A stretch of DNA of 64,000 nucleotides from Lingula anatina (GCA_051362555.1 CM120644.1:6022954-6086953), one strand, 5' to 3'. Positions 24,385 to 37,606 are shown, counted from the first letter of the stretch. Made by a program: numbers and translations. The notes: a model not told the origin generated them from the letters alone.

Positions 24385-27300
24385 TTTGTAAAATTACATA
24401 ATTTAAAGCTTCACTGACGGATCCATGATTTTGCTACAAATTGGGAACAATACATTGAAATAGCCACCTATATACATTCAACAGTACCTTTTTCTTAAAA
24501 TCTAGACACGAATTACATGCTGATAATTGTTTATTAATATTATTTTCACAAAAAGAACGGGTTTTATTCTGACTTCAATCATTGACTACTAAACAAGACT
24601 CAACGAGGTTTAAGGGGAGTGGGGGCAAGAATGTGAAAGACCATAAGATAAAAAAAGATATGTATCTAGTCTGGGATTAAGGCAACTGCCTGATTGGCAA
24701 CATTTGGCTCAATGGCTCAATGTTGGCGTAACAAGACAGTTGACGGATAACTCTATGTCATCTGATGATTCACCATTGACGATAGTGATAAAATTTACCT
24801 AAAAATATCATCTGTAATTAGCTTGGTAACGGGGAGTGGATTCTGAAGACGTCAAATTGTGGCTATAATCAGAAATATCAGAGCACGGCAGACTGCTTTG
24901 GATTTTTTAAAGAACTCCAAAGTATCGTTCTCCTTCAAACAGTGATTTATTAAAAGTGACACGGATGTCAGTAGTGCTTGGCTGACATCTCATAATGAAC
25001 ACGACTTGGACGCTGCATTCCGTTTTATGCTTCCATTTGATGCTGCTCGTCTATAAGAAAAAATGAGGTTTTTAATGAATCGAAGTTTAGAGTCCATGAC
25101 AAAAACGTAAGAAGAAGAAGAAGACGAATGTTTCAATTAGCCTCCTCAGAAGTATAGGAGCAATTGTGTTATCGATTTCTTCCGCGTAATTATTTATTTA
25201 TTCATTTTTTTCCCAGGTGCCTATTAACACCATCTGTTTCGGTCTGGGGTGTTTCGTGTGTAATACCAGCAGGATGTGGTGTTGTGGAGAAATCGTTTGC
25301 AAGCTAATACTACACTGTATTCATTACATAATGGTGCGCTATGTATCCTGTGTTAAAGAAAGGCCAATTTGTAAACTGACGAAGGTATACGCAAACCACG
25401 GGCCCCTGGATCTGCGAAAGAAAAGAGGCTGTTGTTGAGCGTTCTTTATCACGACTTAAGGTCAATGCGTATATATTTCTAGGTTGTTTTTATATATAAC
25501 AAGCCGTCTTGCCGCGTTGTTCGTGCAGCGGTTTGCGGTAATAAGTTTTTTGTCTCCGTTTTTTTTACGGCGCCGTAAGGGGTCCGTAAGCATTGTTTTC
25601 GGGTGATCAAAGGGATCGCATTTGTACTGAGACTAAAATATTTAAACACGATAAGGTGCTTTTTTAACCACATGTCCAGTAAAAGATTAAATAAACGTTA
25701 GACTTCTATCGTCATAACGTTTTCAAATTGATAACTGTTCGTGGAAGGTTAGTGAGCTTGTGCCTTAGCCGTTTGCGTTCTGTAAACAAAACACCATGAA
25801 CAGGTGTCAGAAACTTGCACGAATGTTTTGTTATCTAAGTATATATAATCTTCATTTCAGTGTTTATAAACAGGGTGTATCTCAAACTTTTAAATAACTC
25901 TGCAAAACGTTTTTTTTACGTGCTAAAAAATGAACGTCTCCTGCTCTTTTTTCCCTTTTATACATACAAGTGTAGCATCGAATGCACATGTATTATAGAC
26001 TCGCCAATGATATCAGAAATGCAGCTAAAAGTGGGTAAATGGAAATAAGTCAGCACAAACACATATGACTGTTTTCTTAGACCAACATACTTTCTTATTG
26101 GGAAAAGTGAAGAAAATCTAATTTTAGACGACTATTTCATTTACCTAGCGTAGAAGATTTATAAACGCTTTAAACGTTAATGTAAAAAGACAGTAAAATA
26201 CAGTTTTCAGCCCCTTAAACAGCAACTTTCATCGATTGAGTGGTTATGACAAGCATTTCATATTTGTTGTCGTCATTTTTTACAAGAACCTGCAGTTAAT
26301 TTTAATGTGTATCCAGGTATCAATTTTTCACTACATTTTGCTACTGCTCAGGACGTAAAAATGTTGCGTGGCATATACGTGTACTTATGGTGAAATAAAC
26401 TCAAACAATAAGCCTCTTTTTAATTATTTATTTATTTAGTTCGTATTTAGTTATAGGTAGAAAGATAATTATAATTCGTTTTGAGTTTCGCGGTCCTACG
26501 ACTTTATTTTGCTTTCTACACAAGCTATAAACAAACACACAGTTACTGTATTAGTTTCAAGTAGCTGTCAATCTATTTATTTCGGGAAACACTGGGTCTA
26601 TTCTCATCCTTCAATGCTGTAATCGTGCCTCACGTCACGTAAACAACAGCATACAGGTTAAGTTGAACTATTTCCATACATTCTAATACGAAAGTAAAAG
26701 GGGGTCATCACTTAAGATAAGTTGACCCAATATTTTTATTTGGACTTATTTTATTTTTCATTCGCTTTCTTTCAACTTTCTTTTTTTCCTTTCTTGAGTT
26801 ACCTTTTTTTATTTATTTATAAGCATGCATGCTTTAATCCACGTGTTTTACTTTTATTTTGATTCCTGGACTCATTTGGACTATTTACCAGTGTCTACTA
26901 GTTATAATGAGATGTAATATTAACTTAATTTGTATGCCATTCTCAGTATCCAAAAATAAATTTCAAACCCGAAACCTTATTACATAAGGTTAACAGTATA
27001 TCATATTTCTAAAGCAATGAACGACTATGATGAAATCCTGTGCTATTAGCCGTCTTAATATAGACGGTAAGAGGAAACGCGCTGAACATTGCTCTTAGAG
27101 CTCAAACCAATTTTACAACGCATGGAAACACTTGCATTTAGACAAAACACCGGCCATTTCCCTAATGCTCAAGCCCCGCTTAAAAAATAGACTAATTCAC
27201 TTACTAGGGCATCAATGCATTTTTGTCATGTCTGTCATGCCTGCATGGGCATTAGAGTTTTTAAAGCGACATTTCAGTTTCACTGTGATCTATTATTATC

Positions 27301-30300
27301 TAATGAATATTTTAAGGCGGCTTTTATTTCTCCACTAACGTCAGATTATATGGCCGAAGGCTGCTGAGGGTGGGGAGGGGGCAATCGGAGGCTGTCTCCC
27401 CTCCCCCCAACCACCCCCCTCCCACCCACACAACTCGGAGATTTTTACAAAATACTTATCAGGGGATCAGTATTGAGTGGCAACCTTCTCCCAATTCTTT
27501 CTCCTTACCTTTCTTTCAATCAGCGTCCAGATGATTAAAACATGCGGTACACATGTAAATATAACCTGCTAGAACCGAAGGCCTTCAAGGACTACCCCCA
27601 AATGACACCCCACCGCCACCCCACCCTTTAAAATTTTCCGAAGCCTACGGCTCTGGATTACGAACAGTCAGGCGTGGATGTTTTATACAACTTACCTGTA
27701 TGTTTGCCTTACTTGTTGACATTTGTTGACATACTTCAGACACTTCTAGGAGCACATTCAAAACAAGTTGATCCGCAGATGAACAGATCCTCATATCAAA
27801 TATGGCCGATCCACTTGAAAGCTTGCCGCATGTTCTCCTATTAGACACTGTTAGCCCGCGGATCAACTCGCGCCCTTAGAATAAAGCGAGACTTTTTTTG
27901 AATTTTGAGACATGATTTTTTTTTTTTGTGATTCAGGTATATATATACTGTTTTTTAAGTACGCCCAACTCATTTTTGGGAAATGTACTTCTACAGTATT
28001 ACTTGATTTGCCAGGTTTGTTCTCTGCTTAATTTTATTCAATAAACTGAATGCTCCCACGTATTAAAGATTTTTAGTTAAAGATTTTTAGTTGCGAACTT
28101 CTAACTTCGTACAATTTTGAGTGAAATTTTACGATAAAAGTAAAAAAAAAAAAAAAACTGGGTGCATCCTTTAGGTGGGATTGTACACACTCGTTTGGTT
28201 TGTAAAGTTATTATTTTTTTCTCAATAATTAATCTTTATTTATTTCTATATTTATTCTTCCAGACAAGGGTCAGATATATTGTAACAGCACCTGGACAAA
28301 GGACACCTGCTGGCCGACCACAAGGGCGGGGGAGATTGCCATGACGTCATGCCCGGCAGAGGTGGATGGTGTCAGATATGACGTCACAAGTAAGTTTATT
28401 CTCGACTGGTTTTCAGCGTTTACAAAATGTAGCTGTCTTATTTCTTGAAATTTGAACTGGGATGACTGCAACTAAAGTTTCGCATATGTTTTCACTAACA
28501 AACCAATTTTGTAACATAATTTCTGTCGCTCTTGTAAATCTACAGCCAATAATTTAAAGTTATCTATGACTTGTTTTGCAAGTGATTTAATAGATTTTTT
28601 TTCTTCAACTGTAATTATTTACAATTGTTTCGGTGTAGTTAAAAGTGTTTAAAGTGTTTTGGTGCCTACACGAAGAATTACGCAAAATTGTATATAGAAA
28701 ATAATAAGCAACCCTCACTAAAGAATCGTAATAACATGGGCTTCCTGGTAGAGAACACAATGACATTTAATGAGGATAATTATAAAGGAAATCCCGGAAC
28801 ACCAGCTCCAAGGGACGTAGTGGAGCCTATTATGGCGCAATCATTAGGACAGTTTTCCCGCCGGTCATTGGTATATTTTGAATTACCGGCAAGTGCATTC
28901 GTCCTTGAACTAATGTTTGTTAATATGTTTACCCCTATCTGTGTCACTGAAATCCATGGCTCAATTATCTCTGAAGTTTGTTCAAACCAAGGGAGTACTT
29001 ATTTGGTCCAAACGTACAGAAATGCGACTTTGAGATTTCTATGAGTTTTGTTCTAGCTGGCGTGTCCAAACCAATTTTTAAGTGGGTCTAAGATCCAGAC
29101 AAAATAGCGACAAGGAGATCCCCGCCTCCTTCCATCGTTCTAGTTTGTTTAAATTATTTATTTTTATTTATTTAGTTAGTTACTAAGTTAGTTAGTTAGT
29201 TAGTTTGTAATTTAATTTTGTTACAGAGATAAATATACATAATGTTGCATTTTTCTAACATATTTTCTATTTTGTTTCGAGTTACATATTTTCATTCCAG
29301 AAAACATGACATTTTACTGTCAGCCCAATGGCTCCTGGGCCTGGCCTGCCAATGTTGATCAGTGTAAAATTTTGGGAAATCTTCCAAACTTCATTGAAAA
29401 CATTGAGGTAAGTGGTCACTTTAAAATATATCGAATTAAAATAGGAGTGAAAATAGAAATGACTTCGGTTTCTGGCTTTAATTTTTCGCTTAATAGGATT
29501 GTGTTCGGGACTTGGAAGAATACAACGTTTACTTTCTTCAAGGACATTAGATTTATTTCAGTATCAGTTACAGTATGAAATCGGTCGTTTTAACAATGGT
29601 GTGTAGATAAGCCACCTATTCGTAATTTACTTAAACTTGTTTTCTGTTTGTTGATGTTGATTATGTTTCAGTAATTAGAATAGTCCCACATGTACTCTTT
29701 ATAGACGGTTTAAAGTCCCCGACGTCAACTTTAATACATTCCAAGTTCATATACAATACTAAATTAAGATACTTTAAATATATATCCCGCAGAGTTTTCA
29801 AATATTGTTTTTCTCACCAAACTTATTCCTTGTGTTTCAGGCATTGGAGATGCACAACCTTATCATCAGAATTATATATTTCATTGGATTTGGATTATCC
29901 ACTATAGCGCTGCTGTTGGCGCTCGTGATCTTTATCTACTTCCGGTAGGTCAAAGTTTTTTTTTCAACAAATAAATTAAGACAAATTTACTAAAATGTGC
30001 AAGTTATGGTGTAAGCTACACCTAGAAAGATTTTTAAAAAGTATTTTTTTCTTTTTTTATCTGAAATTATCATCTATTTATTTATTTATTTGATTTAATA
30101 TCTTGGACAGATATTACTCTCGACAACAGGGTGCGCTAGTAGTCTTTTAAATAATCATTGTATGGCTCATATCTAAATTGTTAACTACCGGTATTTCAGA
30201 AGCCCTGATATCAGAGAGTATGCAATTACAATTATGACTGATTCTTTGTGTGTGAATCGGAACTCAATTTCAAATATTTGAAATGGTTTCTATGGTGTTT

Positions 30301-31249
30301 TTATTTTCTTCGTGCAGACCTATAGAGGACGGTTTCAACATGTTTTTATTTTCTTCTTGCAGACCTACTGAGGACTTAACTTGAGCTCATTATCTCACCT
30401 CTATTTTTTCTTTTCTTTTCTTTTTTTCAACCTTATCCTTAATGCGTCTTTGGTTTTATTCTTTATTTAAGTTTATTTTATTTTATTTCTAACAGAAGTC
30501 TCCGCTGTCTTAGAAATACAATCCATTGTAACCTGATGTCCTCATTTCTCCTGCGGATGTTTGCCTGGATCATGCTCCATTCGGTCGCCTTGGCGGATGT
30601 AGACGACACTCAGACGACGGTGGTGAGTTTCCAGTTCCACGCAGTAAATGGAAGCTTGTTCTTAGGTTCACTTAGTAACATGATGCATGAGTATATTTAG
30701 AGAACAGATCCAGGATTATCTGGGGACGGGAAGGGGTTATTTTCCATAGCTTTACTTGAAAACAATTATATAAACAGTTTTCTGTATTACATGTAGGCCT
30801 ACATGTATGTCTGGGACAAGGATTAGGTTTCTTTAGCCTGATATACTTTTTAAATTAACTTTTTAGGAGGGGGGTAAAATGGAAATTTGGAGGTACCTAC
30901 GAACCTCTAGAGGTGGGATGCCCCACTTTACCCTCTCTGAATCTCACACCACAACATTGGTTTACTCTTACTGTGCATAATTTGATCTTTGATTAACTTT
31001 TCGATTTCGCTGACATTTCAGATGAACTGGTTGTGTAAGATAAGCGCTGCTGTCTATCACTACTGCACCATATCGCTGTTCTTCTGGATGTTTGTTGAAG
31101 GTCTGCATCTTCACATCATGGTATTCTGGGCCTATTCTGTGGACAAACTTAATATATGGGTGTACGCCGCCTTCGCATGGGGTACGTACATGTACAGCCC
31201 CCTCCTCCTCCTCTGCCCCCCTCCCCACCCTCTCTGAGTCTCTCTCTCT

Positions 31250-31329
<80 letters not shown>

Positions 31330-31350
31330 AACACTAACACACACACACTA

Positions 31351-31383
<33 letters not shown>

Positions 31384-31456
31384 CACCCGTGCATTCACCA
31401 AAGGCCATTTCTCTGTCTCTTTTACCCTTCTCTTTCTCCACTCTCTCTCTCTCCTA

Positions 31457-31513
<57 letters not shown>

Positions 31514-32815
31514 ACTCTTTATCTGACACACACACACACACACACACATGTTGCCTTCTTAAACGAAAGCGGTATATCCATGACCCTGATCCCGGAATTT
31601 GAAAGGATTCCTCATCATTGCAAGACAGGGGAAATAACCTTGAACCAGAAACCTGTGGATGTGCTCTCAACTACCACAATTTATAGGTGTGATGTCCGAT
31701 ATCATGCACCGTTACTAGGTTTTGTACCTCCGCCAAGGATGTTATTTTATTGAGTTGATTTATTAAACATTTAATCAGTTGATTGATTTACTAATTAATA
31801 ATTAAGTAATGTTAACGAGAAATGAGTTAAACTGAGGGAGAAAAGAGCTCTCTGAGTGCTTTTTAATCATTTCTTTTTACATTGCTGGTAGCATCAGATA
31901 GAAAGCACAATGAACATATTATAAACTGTTTTATTCTCAATCCACAGGTGTTCCGGTGTTGTTTGTAATCACATGGGGGGTAGTGCGCTACAATCTGGAC
32001 AATATCAGGTTAGTAAAACATTCTGATTTTTGCCGTTTAATTGCAAAAATAAACACCCCGAACATTTCAGGCCTCATAAACGATAAATGTCGTTTGTAAT
32101 CTGGAGCCTTTGATTTGTTGTCGCGAACGCCGCGTTAACGACTCGAACCGCGATATCATGGCGCAAACGTAAAACGTAGGTCGATAGCATCACATAAAAG
32201 AACGCTAATAATTTGGCTAGCTTTCTCACGGGTCCCTAACTGTTTACACACGAGTTCTTTTCCTCAACCTAAAAATATTTTCGATACAGAAGTCATGCCC
32301 TCTCGACAACTTCAGGCACCGAGTTGGCATTGGGTTGATAGGCGAATTAACGGTAAGCAGTTTGAACCGCGGTCCTCGTGACCACTGGCTTTATGTTTGC
32401 GCCCTGTGATCGAGACTTGAGTTTTCAGATCAAAAACGGCTAATTCGTTTAACTTTGCCTTCGGGTCCGGTTTCTACCAACATTTTAAGTTCACCACTTG
32501 TGCAGGCTTATTTCACTATAATAAGAAGTTTAAGTCGTATTTCATACATTTAAAAAACAAAGATGAGTTGTCCTTGACGTGAACTGAGACCTGAATGTTT
32601 GATGGGTTTTATATTGAATATTAAATTTACATTAAATGAAATAAATTTTCAGGTGTTGGATAATCCTCAACTGGGACGTAGGTAATGATATGTACGACTA
32701 CATCGTCCACGCCCCGACCCTGGTGGCTATCTCAGTAAGTTCATTCCTCATGAAGATTGTATTTTATTCTATTTTATTTATTTATTTATTTTATTATTTT
32801 TATTCTTTTTTTATT

Positions 32816-32854
<39 letters not shown>

Positions 32855-35800
32855 TTGTGGGGGGAGGTCACCCTGAGCTTCAGAGATAACTTGACACTAA
32901 CCTCTTCACTATAGCCTATCTTCATCGTGTCAAGTTACCTCTGACCACATTCGATTGCTCCCGCCGCCCGCCAATCAAATTTAAATCCCGCACTCAATGA
33001 CTCATTGAACGATCTAGCCAATGAACGCGAACGAGTCAAAGCGCGCTTTGTTCAAATCCGGACCAATCAAAGATAAGGCTGAATATCAGGGACTTGCCGT
33101 AACCTGTGGGCAGCACGCAAAATACATCATCCCTCAGTAGATAATGATGCAGGGCCTCAAACTGCTCTGGTTTTAATTCCGATATACTCATATTTTGTAA
33201 AGAATCAAGAGATAACTTAACACATTATTTTACGTAGTCACTCGTAGGAGACGCCATGCTTTTTTTGTGTACGGTTATGCACTCGGAACTACTCGGATGT
33301 CTCCGCACTCGACAATAACTTTGTTGTTAGTATGGAGCTTGCGGAATCAGCCGAGGATTACCGATTGACGGTCAACCAATCAGCGTTTTCACCAAACTTT
33401 GGTGAAAAATTTTGAAACTTGGATTCGATTGGCTTATATAAACTAGGTCAAACTATTTTCGTCAGAGGTAACGTGACACGATGAAGATAGGCTATAGTAA
33501 AGAGGTTAGTGTCAAGTTATCTCTGAAGCTCAGGGTGGGGGAGGTCCTCTTGTCTTCAAAACGGAGAATTTTGCTATATTCAGGTGTATTCTTTTAACCA
33601 GTTTCCTATAGGGCACACACCATATTAAAGCTTGTAAGTATCGGTAAGATTTTACTATCAGATATGTAGATATGATAATGCTAATCTTTCTTTTATTCAG
33701 GTCAACCTGGTTTTCTTATTCTCCATCGTGTGGATCCTCATTTCAAAAATTAAATCAACGCACAAACTTGAGGCTCGACATTACAAGTAAGATTTTTTTT
33801 TCTTTAATTATATACGAGCATTGATTTAGGTCCAGGATAATTATTATATAGTCTACAGGGTCAATGTCAAACGAAAACAGATTGATACGTGAACTATTAC
33901 AGTGTATGAATTAAAAAAAATAAGAAATTAAGGGTGCGTGGCATGGGTCGGGGAGGAGTTGGTATTTCAAACTTTAAAGGGAAAGCAAGCACCCCCTGGT
34001 TCTCCAGTTCATATAATAAATATAATGTTTTATTTATTTATTTTTTTTTTTCACAGAAAAGCCGTCCGCACGACAATCATACTGATGTTACTTTTGGGTG
34101 TGGCCTACATTGTGGTGATCACGCCACCTATCGACGATCAACTTACGCGGATTATTTTCAAATATTGCTCAGCGTTATTGCACTCTACACAGGTAAGTTG
34201 GGATATAATAATGTCTTCGTATCACCTGTTAATCAAAATAAAGTTGCATGACTCAAATAATTTGCTCATGGTTGGTATACTGTACTCAATAATCTTAGAG
34301 CGCATTCTCAACGAATTAAGCCAGGCTTTACAAAGCCGGTGACCTAAAAATGGCGGACGTACATGAAAGAAAAACCGCCTAATCTTTTAATAGTCTCTCC
34401 GCCTCCCCACACGTCGTCCCTGCGGGGTACAGTAATTAAATCTCGGCTCCGTTCGCCATGCGGAAGCTACCTGAGAAATATTAAGTGCGCATGCTCATCA
34501 GTTAAACTCGTGGTGAAGAAGACATGGCGGCTGAAGGCGATCGAAGGAAAAAAGCTCTTCTGTTCTATTATCTTTGAAAACAGAGACGAAAAAGGAATAA
34601 TTTGGCCCGTAGAGCAGCAATGAATCGACTATCTACGGAAATAATATCACCAGAGATATTCACGGAAATATTAATGTTCGGAACCGAGATTTAATTACTG
34701 TACCCCGCAGGGACGACGTGTGGGGAGGCGTGTGAGAGGCGGAGAGACTATTAAAAGATTAGGCGGTTTTTCTTTCATGTACGTCCGCCATTTTTAGGTC
34801 ACCGGCTTTGTAAAGCCTGGCTTAATTCGTTGAGAATGCGCTCTTATTGGTGAAAAATATGCTTCAAATTTATGAAAAAGGTAAATACGACAAGGATGAG
34901 ATTCGAACTCACGCGGGGAGACCCCAATGGATTAGCAGTCCATCGCCTTAACCACTCGGCCACCTTGTCTGGTTGAGTCGTTATTCATTAAGCTGCAGGA
35001 GTCACTATCTTGGTTGCTAAATGACTTTTATCCCAAAATTGGGGTCTGACATATACCAAAGATTTTTCCACTTTAGCCCAAAATGATCAGTGCTTTTACA
35101 AATAAAAATGTTTATTGTTTAGTTGCAATTGTTGGTGCGCATACATGTATTCAATAAAAACTATTGATTTGAGTGATCTAAACCAGGTTCACTTTTTCCC
35201 TGCGAAAAAGTTTGTCAGACGAAATTTTCAAATTACCTTGTAAATGTATCATAATACATATACTTTGCCATAATGATAATACACACACACACAAACAAAA
35301 GTGTAGGGGCCTACTCACATTTGATGCCCTTTACTACAACTACTAATTTGACATTTTATCAAGTATAATTTCCAAGGTGATATATTAATAATGGTTCACA
35401 AAATCTTCTTTATTTTGATAAAGAATTCGTTAATTTACCTTTAAAAGTGTGTTTTATTTCTATCTTTTAGGGTCTATGTGCGGCGGCCTTCTACTGCTTT
35501 ATGAACGGCGAGGTAGGGAAGATTTTTTTTTTACTATGAATTAAGTTTTATTGATAGTACAGTTGTTTTTAATTGCTAAGTTTTCATTTAGATATTTACC
35601 TCTGGCAACACTGACTTAATGGTGTTTCCAAACAACAGCCACTTTAATATTAATCTAGTACAGGTAAATCGCGTCTGTGAAATAATAAATTCACATCCTG
35701 TACAGGTACACGTAGTGTTGCTTTTCGTGGCCATCATTCGTGGAAATCGAAAGTAACCGGTGTAACAAGAATGGAAGTCCAGGGTTCCATATGATTGATG

Positions 35801-37606
35801 CAGATTAGGAATAGTCGGAGTATTGGTGTTAGTATATGGGGTTAGTATATGGGACCAGTGTATTCTGTACAAAGTATTGGGGAGGGGACTACGGTTCCTG
35901 GCGGTCTACAATTCCTGTCACAGCGGGTGTCACTGTTTGCCGTTTTTACGTACATCCAAAAATACTAATTATGACATTTAAAGCAATCTGACCAGGTTTC
36001 TTGCTTTCGTGTACAAAATAAATTGGCAATAATAGACGATAACAGCTTGATGAGAAAAATACTTGAAAAATAAGTAATAATTGAGTGCTAGGTCATTTAT
36101 AAGACAAAACAAGTTAGCTTTCTCTGATGTGCTTTTACCGGGAAAAGCCTTCAGCTGTTTTGTCGCTATCAAAGTCTGTTTTCATTATCACTGAGCCAAG
36201 ATAATTTTTGAAAGATTTGTCCTGTAACGATTCCGATGAAATCATCAGTGACGCACTTCCTTGAGTATTAAGTGAGTTAGTTAAGAGTGGCACACTGTCT
36301 GAAAAGTCATTATCTGGAGAGCATTTTTTTTTTGTTGTTACGGACTATATGATAAGGTTTCCTTGAGGAAGGAATTGGATTACGTTTCAATTGGATTACG
36401 ACTCCATGTTGTAACCTCAGCAGAATATATACTTTGCTACACTAACATCCAAGCTTCAACCTCCAGAACCTTCAGTCTTACTTAAATGTCTTTTGATCAA
36501 ACAGTTTCACATATTGTGTTATCCAAAGATTGTTTCCAGCCTCTGTGGTTTAATCTTAAAGGGTTATTCAATATAGCGTGGAGTCAAAGGGTCCCTCACA
36601 AGTAAGAAAGAACCCTTCTCTAGTGTCTTCCGTGTATATCTTCACAGGTACATGTAGTAACATATCATTGGGTCACTTAAATATCATTATAATACTTATA
36701 TGATATAGAAGATTTAGATATTAAATGGTTTCCAGATACAGCTTGAATTAATCTGATGCAAACTGGCTCAGTAACTTAATTGACTTGTAAACTGAATACA
36801 TAAGAATACATCCTAAAGACACGATTGATTTCCTCAGCTAAAACAAAACAAAATACATTAATCGCACATATGTTGTAGAACATCCTAATTGCAGAGATAT
36901 TAACTTTTTGGAATAAAATTGAACGGAATAGGGAAACTGAAAATTCATTTAGGGCAACTTCCAGTGATTGAATTAATAAAATGAATTATAAAAAATATAT
37001 CAATTACAAGTGTTTTCCTAATTATGTGGTCCCTGACAATGCGCATATATACACGTATGCCCAACACGATTACTATTATTTCCATGAATTTGTAACTTTA
37101 TTTTCTTCCAGCGAAAATTATGATTTATTTGTACGAGTTTTATATGAAAATGATAGACTTTTCTGGTTTTCAGCTCAATTTGTAATTGAATCTTTTGCTT
37201 TTAATATTGATTAAATTGTATTGTGTGTACGGGCCTATTAATAAAGAGGTGCTTCCATATTAAGTTCCTTTTGTTTGATCTCTTTCAGGTCCGTGCGGCG
37301 CTCACGCGCAAGTTCCGCCACTGGCGAGATCGGCGGAGCATCAGTTTGGGAACGAGGTCAAGTCGAGCATCGGTTGGGAGTCGACCCAGTTTTCCGCTTG
37401 TTTCCCCAACTGGGAATAGTTCATCAGTCGGAGGCCGTGAGGAGGATGGGAGTTCCAAAACCATAAAAGAGACAGAATTCCTGCTCCACCGAAACAGTAG
37501 GGATAGCAACTTTAATGTGCGAGGGGGGATATCAGAAGAGCTCACCATTGCTGGTCTGTTGAGTAAGGAGACGAGGGCCAAGTGCTTTGATATTTTGGAA
37601 GTGTAA
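22729..37606 (+). CDS. Class B1 (secretin-family) GPCR, CRF/diuretic hormone 44/ELH receptor-like; 12 coding exons, ~540 aa
   Basis: Exons 22729-23002, 28264-28389, 29301-29407, 29841-29944, 30496-30622, 31022-31181, 31948-32008, 32653-32734, 33701-33786, 34057-34192, 35471-35512, 37289-37606 join via GT-AG introns into an open 1623-nt frame; motifs CWP, NGSW, FRSLRCLRNTIHCNL, FWMFVEG, QG..FYCFMNGEV. Confidence 0.93.
28264..28389 (+). CDS. GPCR exon 2 (hormone-binding domain)
   Basis: YCNSTWTKDTCWPTTRAGEIAMTSCPAEVDGVRYDVT; cag| acceptor and |gtaagt donor. Confidence 0.92.
29301..29407 (+). CDS. GPCR exon 3
   Basis: KNMTFYCQPNGSWAWPANVDQC...; |gtaagt donor. Confidence 0.92.
29841..29944 (+). 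CDS. GPCR exon 4 (TM1)
   Basis: IIYFIGFGLSTIALLLALVIFIYFR. Confidence 0.92.
30496..30622 (+). CDS. GPCR exon 5 (ICL1/TM2)
   Basis: SLRCLRNTIHCNLMSSFLLRMFAW, the CRF/DH44-receptor hallmark. Confidence 0.93.
31022..31181 (+). CDS. GPCR exon 6 (TM3-TM4 start)
   Basis: WLCK...FFWMFVEGLHLH...AFAWG. Confidence 0.93.
31240..31548. repeat. Compound (CT)n/(CA)n microsatellite in GPCR intron 6
   Basis: Direct reading. Confidence 0.9.
31948..32008 (+). CDS. GPCR exon 7 (TM4)
   Basis: GVPVLFVITWGVVRYNLDNIR. Confidence 0.9.
32653..32734 (+). CDS. GPCR exon 8 (ECL2/TM5)
   Basis: CWIILNWDVGNDMYDYIVHAPTLVAIS. Confidence 0.9.
32869..33537. mobile_element. MITE with 8-bp TSD (hAT/P-like), GPCR intron 8
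   Basis: ~75-bp TIRs caccctgagcttcagagataacttgacac...; TSD GGGGAGGT on both sides; CA...TG termini. Confidence 0.85.
33701..33786 (+). CDS. GPCR exon 9 (TM5/ICL3)
   Basis: VNLVFLFSIVWILISKIKSTHKLEARHYK. Confidence 0.92.
34057..34192 (+). CDS. GPCR exon 10 (TM6-TM7)
   Basis: KAVRTTIILMLLLGVAYIV...ALLHSTQ. Confidence 0.92.
34298..34843. mobile_element. PIF/Harbinger (Tourist-like) MITE, GPCR intron 10
   Basis: ~150-bp near-perfect TIRs gagcgcattctcaacgaattaagcc...; TTA TSD on both sides. Confidence 0.85.
34888..34969 (-). tRNA. tRNA-Ser-GCT: tRNA-Ser(GCT), intronic and antisense to the GPCR
   Basis: Exact reverse complement of 2922-3003; a T5 terminator follows on the minus strand. Confidence 0.97.
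35471..35512 (+). CDS. GPCR exon 11 (TM7, 42-nt exon typical of class B1)
   Basis: GLCAAAFYCFMNGE. Confidence 0.92.
37289..37606 (+). CDS. GPCR exon 12 (helix 8, Ser-rich C-tail)
   Basis: VRAALTRKFRHWRDRRS...DILEV*. Confidence 0.9.
   Translation, partial: VRAALTRKFRHWRDRRSISLGTRSSRASVGSRPSFPLVSPTGNSSSVGGREEDGSSKTIKETEFLLHRNSRDSNFNVRGGISEELTIAGLLSKETRAKCFDILEV

Noticed and set aside
25217-25438. Strong acceptor (ttttttcccag|) and ORF in GPCR intron 1 as an extra exon
   Set aside because: In the required phase it reaches TAA after three codons; exons 1 and 2 already join in frame.
28688-29044. 118-aa ORF in GPCR intron 2
   Set aside because: No recognisable motif, non-ATG start, and it does not fit the receptor splice phases.
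30968-31602. ORFs rich in HT/CV/SL repeats; likewise poly-K, poly-G, poly-P and poly-Y ORFs at 7815, 13019, 15841, 17384
   Set aside because: Translations of microsatellites and homopolymers.
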